NCBI GenBank assembly: GCA_963849105.1 | Contig: CAWKGD010000005.1 | Location: forward strand, 360,145-424,144 | Length of the DNA stretch: 64,000 bases | Reading direction: 5' to 3' | DNA from: an uncultured Acidimicrobiaceae bacterium | GTDB taxonomy: Bacteria > Actinomycetota > Acidimicrobiia > Acidimicrobiales > Bog-793 | Shown: in pieces, positions 1 through 7,524 of the stretch | Numbering within the stretch: position 1 is the stretch's first letter | Layout: the number at the start of each line of letters is the position of its first letter | Made by a program: the position numbers and the translations under genes | The notes under the pieces: model-generated | Seen by the model: only the letters and a program-made list of their open reading frames with translations | Databases searched by the model: none | What the model was told of the DNA's origin: nothing

Positions 1-20
1 GGCGCGACCAGGAAGTACGA

Positions 21-317
21 CTAGGCGCGCTCGGCTTGTTCTTGTTCTTCTGGGATGCCGAGGTCCCATTCCAACAAAATGTTCTCCCGCTCGGCGTCGC
101 GCACGACCCGCTCGCGATTGCGACGGAACTGCGGGTCGTGGGGAGGGAGAAGCACCAACCGGGCGAGCGCACGTTCGCGGAACGCCTCGACGACGGCGCG
201 CTCGCCGAACTCCGATTCCACCTCCCAATGGGGCGCGACCGGTCCGAGGTAGACGATGCGCACATGCGCCCGTGGCGGTTCCGGAGTCGCGTTGTCCTGC
301 GGCATCGCCATGGTCAT
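21..317 (-). CDS. hypothetical small protein (98 aa)
   Basis: Complete ATG..TAG ORF with G/C-rich third codon positions like the confident genes here. No domain recognised. The overlapping + strand ORFs are Arg/His-rich noise. Confidence 0.55.
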   Translation of the reverse strand: MTMAMPQDNATPEPPRAHVRIVYLGPVAPHWEVESEFGERAVVEAFRERALARLVLLPPHDPQFRRNRERVVRDAERENILLEWDLGIPEEQEQAERA

Positions 318-549
318 CGTCTGCTCCTTCGATCTGCAGCCGAAGTTTAGGACCGGATCGTCGAGGGTAAATGCGAGTATCTCGGCGGCAAATTGGTCAC
401 TTCGATGCGCAAGTTATGAGGGTCCTGTGAATTCGCTGCCAATTGCTGGACAAAGCGAACACCGGGAGTAAGTTGCGAAAGAAGGTCCCGTTGAGCCGCC
501 AGGCGGAGCATTCGATACCCGAGACGGACGACGCGAAGGGAGGTGGGCG

Positions 550-795
550 ATGGAAGCGGAGTGGATGTCGCAGGGCAAGTGCCGCTCGCTCCCGCCCGAA
601 ACCTTCTTCCCGAGTGACGGCGTGGGTGTCGAGATCGCTCGACGGCTCTGCGCCGACTGCCCGGTGAAAGAACCCTGCCTCGAGTACGCGATGGCGAACC
701 ACATTGACCATGGCGTCTGGGGCGGGACTTCGGAGCGCGAACGTCGCCGCATCGCCCGCTCCCGGCGGCGGCTCGCGACGCACCCGGTTCACTAG
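550..795 (+). CDS. WhiB-family Fe-S redox-sensing transcription factor
   Basis: 81 aa with Cys pattern C-x22-C-x2-C-x5-C (GKCRS...LCADCPVKEPC), a GVWGG turn and an Arg-rich tail. GGGAGG Shine-Dalgarno lies just upstream of the ATG. Confidence 0.9.
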   Translation: MEAEWMSQGKCRSLPPETFFPSDGVGVEIARRLCADCPVKEPCLEYAMANHIDHGVWGGTSERERRRIARSRRRLATHPVH

Positions 796-825
796 CACGA
801 TCGGCGCGTCCGCGCGCCTCCGGAC

Positions 826-1653
826 ATGCTCGAGTGCGTCGTCAACATCGCCGAGGGTCGCGACCGTGCGACGATCGAAGCACTGACCGTAGCAGCCGGT
901 GAGTGCCTGCTCGACGTGCACGTCGACGCGTCACACCATCGATCGGTGTTCACGCTCGCCGGCGACAACGTCGAAACCGCGACGCGCGACCTCGCGAAGA
1001 GCGCGGTCTCGCGAATCGATCTCACGCACCATCAAGGCGCGCACCCGCGCCTCGGCGTCGTCGACGTCGTCCCCTTCGTCCCACTCGGACCCGACGGGAT
1101 GAAGACTGCGGGGGACCTGTCGGAGGCGATCCGGGCTCGAGACAAATTCTGCGCATGGGCGGCGGCAGAGCTCTCGCTGCCGTGCTTCACGTACGGACCG
1201 GAGCGAACGCTCCCCGACGTCCGCAAACACGCCTTTTCTTCGCTCTCGCCTCAATGCGGTCCGGGCGAGCCGCACCCGACGGCCGGCGCGAGCTGCGTCG
1301 GGGCGCGACCCGTGCTCGTCGCCTACAACCTGTTGCTCGCCGACGCGTCGATCGAGGTGGCAAACGAGGCCGCGCGAGCAATCCGCTCGGCCGAGGTCCG
1401 GGCGCTCGCCTTCGCCGTCGCCGATGGTCTCCAGGTGTCGTGCAATCTCATCGCTCCGTGGAACGTCGGACCGGGTGACGTCTTCGACCGCGTGGCGGCG
1501 TTCGCCCCGATCCGGGCGGCGGAGCTCGTCGGGCTGATCCCGGCGGCGGTGCTGCACGCGGTCGACAAGGCACGCTGGGAAGAGCTTGGGATGTCTGACG
1601 GGGCCACGATCGAGTCCCGGCTCGCGGCGTCGCGCGCCGGGACCGGCGACTAA
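826..1653 (+). CDS. glutamate formimidoyltransferase (stand-alone FTCD N-terminal transferase domain)
   Basis: N-terminus MLECVVNIAEGRD matches the ECVPNFSEGR signature of formiminotransferases. 275 aa covers the transferase domain only, with no cyclodeaminase part. Confidence 0.8.
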   Translation: MLECVVNIAEGRDRATIEALTVAAGECLLDVHVDASHHRSVFTLAGDNVETATRDLAKSAVSRIDLTHHQGAHPRLGVVDVVPFVPLGPDGMKTAGDLSEAIRARDKFCAWAAAELSLPCFTYGPERTLPDVRKHAFSSLSPQCGPGEPHPTAGASCVGARPVLVAYNLLLADASIEVANEAARAIRSAEVRALAFAVADGLQVSCNLIAPWNVGPGDVFDRVAAFAPIRAAELVGLIPAAVLHAVDKARWEELGMSDGATIESRLAASRAGTGD

Positions 1654-1919
1654 GAGGCCGCCTGCCGCTCGAGAACGCGCTGGCGCCGGATGCGGCGCCG
1701 CTCGCGCTCGCTCATCCCGCCCCAGATCCCGAATTTCTCGCTGTTGGCGATGGCAAACTCGAGGCAGTCCTCACGCACCACGCACCCGCGGCACACCTCT
1801 TTCGCCTCCCGTGTTGAAGACCCCCGTTCGGGAAAGAACAAGTCCGGGTCGACACCGAGGCAGTTCGCCCTCGACTGCCACGAGCTTGGCTGCTCACCGA
1901 GCAGAGCTTCGACGTCCAC
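1650..1919 (-). CDS. WhiB-family Fe-S redox-sensing transcription factor (second paralog)
   Basis: 89 aa with C-x22-C-x2-C-x5-C (ANCLGV...VCRGCVVREDC), GIWGG and an RERRRIRRQR tail. Its 3' end overlaps the formimidoyltransferase stop by 4 nt (convergent). Confidence 0.9.
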   Translation of the reverse strand: MDVEALLGEQPSSWQSRANCLGVDPDLFFPERGSSTREAKEVCRGCVVREDCLEFAIANSEKFGIWGGMSERERRRIRRQRVLERQAAS

Positions 1920-1957
1920 GGAACCTCCCTTGCGGCTCCGCCACTCTTCCGAGTCGC

Positions 1958-1977
1958 AACCATGAAATTACATGGTT
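1958..1977. promoter_or_regulatory. perfect inverted repeat AACCATG-N6-CATGGTT, candidate operator
   Basis: Read directly from the sequence. It sits in an AT-rich patch 39-58 nt upstream of the whiB start at 1919, in the divergent whiB/sdhC intergenic region. Confidence 0.35.
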
Positions 1978-2191
1978 CGTATTATGATGACGACCTGGTC
2001 AGCGCATTGCAAGGGGCAATTTCGTTCCGCCCCGGCATCGCTAGCCCGACGAAGCCCAGGTCAAGGGCCCGATCGTCGCTGCGTCCGGTTTCGCCTCGGA
2101 CCGGAGCAGGTGAAAGGATGAAGTAAAGGCAGTTCAGCGATGCAGCAGGCCGCGCCCGGAGGACACGAGACCGCCGGCCCGCCGGAAAGGG

Positions 2192-3058
2192 ATGCGTGAG
2201 TTGACCGTCGTCGAAGAGTCGCGGACGGTTCCGGCTCCGACGCCGGTCGAGATCGGAGGAGTCCGTGCCGGACCGCCCCGGTCGGTCGTGCTTCGACGGG
2301 ATAACTGGCGACTGCAGCCGATCGCCGTCGCGCTCGGGCTACTCGGTTTCATCGCCTACTCGACTTGGGCGGCGTTCCGCAACAACTTCTATTACGCGGG
2401 CAACGTCGGGCGCGACTATCTCTCCCCTCTCTACTCACCGTGCGTCACCGACAATTGCCACGGTTACGTGTGGGGGCCGATCACCGGATCGTGGTGGGCT
2501 GTCTCCCCCGCGCTGATCATCCTGATCTTCCCGCTCGGTTTTCGTCTCACCTGCTACTACTACCGCAAGGCCTACTACCGCTCGTTCTGGCTCTCGCCTC
2601 CCGCCTGCGCCGTCGCCGATGCGGGGTCGACCACACCCGGAGGTCTGCGCGCGCGCTACAGCGGCGAGACGCGCTTCCCTCTCATCCTGCAGAACCTCCA
2701 CCGTTACTTCTTCTACATCGCGGTCGGGTTCGCGGCGGTGCTCACCTGGGACGCGATCGCGTCGTACCGGTTCTCGAACGGCGTCGGCGTCGCGCTCGGC
2801 TCGCTCATCTTGACGGTAAACGCCGTTCTCATCTGGCTGTACACGCTCGGCTGCCACGCCTGCCGGCATCTGTGCGGCGGCGGGTTGAAACAGCTGTCGC
2901 GCGCGCCGGTGCGCAAGTGGTTCTGGACGAACATCGCCGGCAGGCTCAATCCCCACCACCAGCTCTATGCGTGGATGTCGCTCATCTGGATCGCCTTCGC
3001 CGACTTCTACGTCTGGCTCGTCGCCTCGGGGACGATCCATGACCCGAGATTCCTCTGA
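2192..3058 (+). CDS. sdhC: succinate dehydrogenase membrane anchor, Sdh1-type (Rv0249c-like SdhC)
   Basis: 288-aa polytopic membrane protein rich in Trp/Tyr. Its stop overlaps the sdhA ATG (TGATG). Gene order anchor-flavoprotein-FeS matches mycobacterial Sdh1 (Rv0249c-Rv0247c). Contains a CHACRHLC motif. Confidence 0.7.
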   Translation: MRELTVVEESRTVPAPTPVEIGGVRAGPPRSVVLRRDNWRLQPIAVALGLLGFIAYSTWAAFRNNFYYAGNVGRDYLSPLYSPCVTDNCHGYVWGPITGSWWAVSPALIILIFPLGFRLTCYYYRKAYYRSFWLSPPACAVADAGSTTPGGLRARYSGETRFPLILQNLHRYFFYIAVGFAAVLTWDAIASYRFSNGVGVALGSLILTVNAVLIWLYTLGCHACRHLCGGGLKQLSRAPVRKWFWTNIAGRLNPHHQLYAWMSLIWIAFADFYVWLVASGTIHDPRFL

Positions 3059-4857
3059 TGGCCGAGTACGAGACCCACGACCTCGACGTGCTGGTCATCG
3101 GCGCCGGCGGCGCGGGCTTGCGCGCCGCGATCGAGTCGGCATCGCTCGGCGCGCGCACCGGTGTCGTCTGCAAGTCGCTCCTCGGTAAGGCGCACACCGT
3201 GATGGCAGAAGGCGGTGTCGCGGCGGCACTCGGCAACGTCTGGCCGGAGGACAACTGGAAGGTCCATTTCCGCGACACGATGCGCGGCGGCAAGCTGCTG
3301 AACAACTGGCGCATGGCCGAGCTCCATGCGATGGAGGCGCCGGATCGCGTTCTCGAACTCGAAGAGTGGGGAGCGCTATTCGACCGCACGCCCGACGGGA
3401 GGATCCTGCAGCGCGACTTCGGCGGCCACCGCTACGCACGTCTCGCGCACGTCGGCGACCGCACCGGTCTCGAAATGTTGCGCACGGTGCAGAACCGTGC
3501 TGTCGCGCTCGGGATCGAGGTCTTCATGGAATGCAAGATCCTCAGGCTCTTGAAGGCGGCGGACGGATCGGTGCGCGGCGCGGTCGGGCTGTGGCGCGAG
3601 TCGGGGCGCTTCGTCGTCTTCCATGCGAGGGCGGTCATCTTGGCCTCGGGGGGTATCGGCAAGATCTACAAGTTCACCTCGAACTCCTGGGAGTCGACCG
3701 CCGACGGCCACGCGCTCGGGTTGTGGGCGGGGGCGGACCTGATCGAGATGGAGTGCGTGCAGTTCCACCCCACCGGGATGATCTGGCCGGCGTCGGCGCG
3801 GGGGTTGCTCGTCACCGAGGGCGTGCGCGGCGACGGCGGCGTGCTGAAAAACAAGGAGATGGAGCGGTTCATGTTCCGCTACATCCCGGAGTTCTACGCG
3901 AAAGAGACCGCCGACACGACCGAGGAAGCCGACCGCTGGTACGACGACAAGACGGTCCGCCGCCCGCCGGAGCTCCTCCCCCGCGACGAGGTCGCCCGCG
4001 CGATCAACGCCGAGGTGAAGGCCGGGCGGGGCACGCCGCACGGCGGCGTCTACCTGGACATCGCCTCGCGGCGCTCGCCCGAGTACATCCGCCGCCGGCT
4101 GCCCTCGATGTACCACCAGTTCAAGGAGCTCGCCGACGTCGACATCACGACCCAGATGATGGAGATCGGCCCGACGTGCCACTACATGATGGGCGGGATC
4201 CGCGTCGACGCCGAGTCCCAGGCGACCGCGGCGGTCGGGCTCTACGCGGCGGGCGAGGTCGCCGGCGGCATGCACGGCGCGAACCGCCTCGGCGGCAATT
4301 CCCTTTCCGACCTTCTCGTCTTCGGTCAGCGGGCCGGCGAGGCGGCGGGGAAGGTCGCCCGCGGCGAAACGGGCACGGCGCGCGCCAACGGCGCCGAGAT
4401 CGAAGAGATCGCCAACCACGCCCTCAGCTACTTCTCGAACGAGGGCGGCGAGAACCCCTACGCCGTCCACCGCGACCTGCAAGAAACGATGCAGTCGCTC
4501 GTCGGCATCATCCGGACCGAGTCCGAGCTCCAAGAAGCCCTCCGACTCCTCGACGAGTACGACAAACGCGCCGCCGAGGTGAGTGTCGAGGGGCACCGGC
4601 AGTTCAACCCCGGCTGGCACCTCGCCCTCGATCTCGAGTCGATGCTCGCCGTCGCCCGCGCGATCACGCTCGCCGCCATCGAGCGGAAAGAGAGTCGCGG
4701 CGCGCACACCCGCGACGACTACCCGCAGTCTGACCCGGACCACTTCGGAAAGGTGAACATGGTCGTCCGATTCGACGACGGGACGGTCACCGTCCACGAA
4801 GAGCCGCTGCCGCAGATGCCCGACGAGATGCGGGCGCTGATCGACGAGGCGCATTGA
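3058..4857 (+). CDS. sdhA: succinate dehydrogenase / fumarate reductase flavoprotein subunit
   Basis: 599 aa with an FAD-binding N-terminus DVLVIGAGGAGLRAA, plus HPTG, HYMMGGI and RGAHTRDDYP motifs. Confidence 0.96.
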   Translation: MAEYETHDLDVLVIGAGGAGLRAAIESASLGARTGVVCKSLLGKAHTVMAEGGVAAALGNVWPEDNWKVHFRDTMRGGKLLNNWRMAELHAMEAPDRVLELEEWGALFDRTPDGRILQRDFGGHRYARLAHVGDRTGLEMLRTVQNRAVALGIEVFMECKILRLLKAADGSVRGAVGLWRESGRFVVFHARAVILASGGIGKIYKFTSNSWESTADGHALGLWAGADLIEMECVQFHPTGMIWPASARGLLVTEGVRGDGGVLKNKEMERFMFRYIPEFYAKETADTTEEADRWYDDKTVRRPPELLPRDEVARAINAEVKAGRGTPHGGVYLDIASRRSPEYIRRRLPSMYHQFKELADVDITTQMMEIGPTCHYMMGGIRVDAESQATAAVGLYAAGEVAGGMHGANRLGGNSLSDLLVFGQRAGEAAGKVARGETGTARANGAEIEEIANHALSYFSNEGGENPYAVHRDLQETMQSLVGIIRTESELQEALRLLDEYDKRAAEVSVEGHRQFNPGWHLALDLESMLAVARAITLAAIERKESRGAHTRDDYPQSDPDHFGKVNMVVRFDDGTVTVHEEPLPQMPDEMRALIDEAH

Positions 4858-5714
4858 TGGCGGCGGATACCCCGAGAGACGTTGTGATGCGCATCTGGCG
4901 CGGTGACGAATCGGGCGGTGAGTTCCGCGACTACGCGGTACCCGCCGTCGAGGGCGAGGTCGTCCTCGACGTCGTCCACCGGATCCAGGCGGAGCTCGCG
5001 CCCGACCTCGCGGTGCGCTGGAACTGCAAAGCCGGAAAGTGCGGCTCGTGCTCGGCAGAGATCAACGGGAAGCCGCGGCTGATGTGCATGACCCGCATGA
5101 GCACACTCGATGCCTCTGTCCCGATCAGCGTCTCTCCGATGCGGGCGTTCCCGGTGATGCGCGACCTCGTCACCGACGTCTCGTACAACTTCGCCGTCGC
5201 GCGCAAGATCCCGCCGTTCACGCCGCCTCCTCGACCTGCAGGCGGCTACCGGATGGCGCAGTTCGACGTCGATCGGGGGCAGGAATTCCACAAGTGCATC
5301 GAGTGCTTTCTGTGCCAGAACGTCTGCCACGTGATCCGCGACCACGAGGACAACAAGCCGCGGTATGCGGGTCCGCGCTTTTTCGTGAAACTCGCCGAGT
5401 TGGAGATGCACCCGCTCGACACCTTGGACCGACGCGACCTCATCTCCGAAGAGCTCGGGATCGGTCTCTGCAACATCACAAAGTGCTGCACCGACGTCTG
5501 CCCAGAGAGCATCCACATCACCGACAACGCGATCATCCCCTTGAAAGAGCGCGTCGTCGACGCGCGTTACGACCCGATCGCCTGGCTCGGCCGGAAGATC
5601 CTCCGGCGTCCCGATCCGACCCCCGCCGAGGTCGCCGCCGAGTCGTCCCCGGCGGCTCGGACGGGCGAGGTGATCGTCACTTCGCCGGACGGGGTTCGCA
5701 TTCCAAGCTCGTGA
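4857..5714 (+). CDS. sdhB: succinate dehydrogenase iron-sulfur subunit
   Basis: 2Fe-2S motif CKAGKCGSCS and ferredoxin-type cysteine clusters CIECFLCQNVC and CTDVCP. The ATG at 4857 overlaps the sdhA stop (a TTG at 4854 is an alternative). About 35-aa C-terminal extension. Confidence 0.9.
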   Translation: MAADTPRDVVMRIWRGDESGGEFRDYAVPAVEGEVVLDVVHRIQAELAPDLAVRWNCKAGKCGSCSAEINGKPRLMCMTRMSTLDASVPISVSPMRAFPVMRDLVTDVSYNFAVARKIPPFTPPPRPAGGYRMAQFDVDRGQEFHKCIECFLCQNVCHVIRDHEDNKPRYAGPRFFVKLAELEMHPLDTLDRRDLISEELGIGLCNITKCCTDVCPESIHITDNAIIPLKERVVDARYDPIAWLGRKILRRPDPTPAEVAAESSPAARTGEVIVTSPDGVRIPSS

Positions 5715-6094
5715 GCGAGCCATCGTTCTTCACCGACGAGTGGTTCGCCCGACTGTCGGGATCGCTGGCGACGGTGGTACCGAAGGAGGACTGGCCGCGC
5801 CTCGACCTCGGGGTCGCGATCGATGACGCGCCCGGAGGGCCGATCCGCTACACCTTCCACGTCGGTCCCGAGGGTGCGGCGCTCGAAATCGGATCAGTCG
5901 ACTCGGCTGCGGTCACCCTGGTCGAGTCGTTCGACACGGCGCGCTCGATCGACGAAGGCGCATCGGTCTCGCAACTCCTCGCCGAGGGCCGTATCACCGT
6001 GCGCGGCGATGCCTCGGCGCTCGTCGCCGCGCAACATCTCCTCGCCACAATTTCCGCAATCCTCGGTGATCTTGCCGAAGCCGCGCGAAGCTGA
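5711..6094 (+). CDS. SCP2 sterol/lipid-carrier domain protein
   Basis: In-frame GTG at 5711 overlaps the sdhB stop (GTGA). 127 aa ending ...AEGRITVRGDASALVAAQHLL, typical of SCP2 domains. High GC3. Confidence 0.7.
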   Translation: MSEPSFFTDEWFARLSGSLATVVPKEDWPRLDLGVAIDDAPGGPIRYTFHVGPEGAALEIGSVDSAAVTLVESFDTARSIDEGASVSQLLAEGRITVRGDASALVAAQHLLATISAILGDLAEAARS

Positions 6095-6113
6095 ACGCCC
6101 CAGGGAGGCCGAG

Positions 6114-6410
6114 ATGATCTTCGAACACGCCCTCATCAACGTCGCACCGGGCAAGGAGGACGCCTTCGAGGAGGCGTTCCCCTCCGCGCGCGCCGTGATG
6201 GAGAAATCACCGGGATGCCGATCGGTGCAACTGTTCCGTTCGATCGAGTCACCCGACCGATTCCTGCTCTTCGTCGAATGGGACAACGTCGAAGCGCACA
6301 TGGAAGGGTTCCGCAAGTCCGAGGAATTCACGCGCTGGCGCGAGATCGTCGGTCCCTTTTTCGCCTACCTGTCCGACATGGAGCACTTCCGGACAGCTTC
6401 GGAGCGCTGA
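6114..6410 (+). CDS. antibiotic-biosynthesis-monooxygenase (ABM) family protein
   Basis: 98 aa starting MIFEHALINVAPGKEDAFEEAF with ...RFLLFVEWDNVEAHMEGFRKSEEF, a dimeric alpha-beta barrel ABM pattern. GGGAGG SD lies 6 nt upstream of the ATG. Confidence 0.8.
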   Translation: MIFEHALINVAPGKEDAFEEAFPSARAVMEKSPGCRSVQLFRSIESPDRFLLFVEWDNVEAHMEGFRKSEEFTRWREIVGPFFAYLSDMEHFRTASER

Positions 6411-6413
6411 CTT

Positions 6414-7418
6414 CTAAGCGAGCAGCTCCGTCATATCAGCGCGCTCTTCCATCAGCTCTTCGGTCGTCGCAGCGATCCGGGCTCGCGCGAATTCCGAGTG
6501 CTCCAAACCTTCGACGACGCTCCATGACTTCCCGTCGCTTCTCACGGGGTATCCGAACTGGAGGCCCTCTGGGACGCCGTACTCGCCTCTCGAGACGACG
6601 GCCAAGGAACTCCAATCGCCGCTTCTCGTCGGGGTGAGAACGCTTCGCATGGAGTCGATCGCCGCGTTCGCGGCTGACGCCGCAGAAGACGAGCCTCGGG
6701 CATCGATGATCGCCGCGCCGCGCTTTTGGATCGTCTCCAAAAACGCGCCTTGCAACCAGGCGTCGTCACCGATGACCTTCGGGGCGGGATCCCCTTCGAT
6801 CCGCGCGTTCTCAAAGTCCGGGAATTGTGTCGAGGAGTGGTTCCCCCATACGGCGAGGTTCGTCACGGTGGCGACCGGCCGGTTCGACTTCTTCGCGAGC
6901 TGGGTCTTCGCACGGTTCTCGTCGAGGCGGGTCATGGCGAACCACCGCTCGGCGGGAATGTCCGGCGCATTCGAACGGGCGATCAGGCAGTTCGTGTTGC
7001 ACGGGTTGCCGACGACAAGGATCCGCACATCGGATGTCGCGTGGGCGGCGATTGCCTCTCCTTGTGGCTTGAAGATGCCGCCGTTCACACCGAGCAGGTC
7101 CTTGCGTTCCATACCGGCTTTGCGCGGGATCGAGCCGACGAGGAAAACGTAGGACGACCCGTCGAACGCCGCCTTCAGATCCGAGGTGGCGACCACATCT
7201 GTGAGCAGAGGGAAGGCGCTGTCGTCGAGTTCCATGACGACACCCTCGAGGGCCTTCATCGCTGGCTCGATCTCAAGGAGTCGAAGCACGACCGGTTGCT
7301 CCGGTCCGAAAAGTTCGCCAGATGCCAGGCGGAAGAGCAACGCGTAGCCAATATTGCCGGCGGCTCCGGTGACGGTGACCTGGACGGGGGCGCGCCCAAA
7401 GGGCGTCGAAGTCGTCAT
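6414..7418 (-). CDS. mdh: malate dehydrogenase (NAD-dependent)
   Basis: Internal ATG at 7418 gives 334 aa. Motifs: [20 protein letters not shown] Rossmann, [19 protein letters not shown]. The longer tool ORF (to 7829) adds a non-homologous N-extension. Confidence 0.95.
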   Translation of the reverse strand: MTTSTPFGRAPVQVTVTGAAGNIGYALLFRLASGELFGPEQPVVLRLLEIEPAMKALEGVVMELDDSAFPLLTDVVATSDLKAAFDGSSYVFLVGSIPRKAGMERKDLLGVNGGIFKPQGEAIAAHATSDVRILVVGNPCNTNCLIARSNAPDIPAERWFAMTRLDENRAKTQLAKKSNRPVATVTNLAVWGNHSSTQFPDFENARIEGDPAPKVIGDDAWLQGAFLETIQKRGAAIIDARGSSSAASAANAAIDSMRSVLTPTRSGDWSSLAVVSRGEYGVPEGLQFGYPVRSDGKSWSVVEGLEHSEFARARIAATTEELMEERADMTELLA

Positions 7419-7524
7419 ACCGATCGAGGCTATCCCGCATCCTCGCTGTGCTCGAAGGGGTAGCGGAGCGGTCCCTCCTGAAAAACATCCTCGTCCGACT
7501 ACCCTTTTTCGGCAGATATCGGCG

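Noticed and set aside
3376-4854. 492-aa minus-strand ORF inside sdhA, plus similar long shadow ORFs at 39285-41741, 57869-59521, 58200-59873, 43268-44470 and 48595-49830
   Set aside because: Each lies opposite an unambiguous conserved gene (sdhA, guaB3/NUDIX/groEL, nnr/acpS, MBL hydrolase, cyclase). Each shows Arg/Asp/Gly/Val-dominated low-information sequence. They are stop-codon-poor antisense frames of GC-rich DNA.
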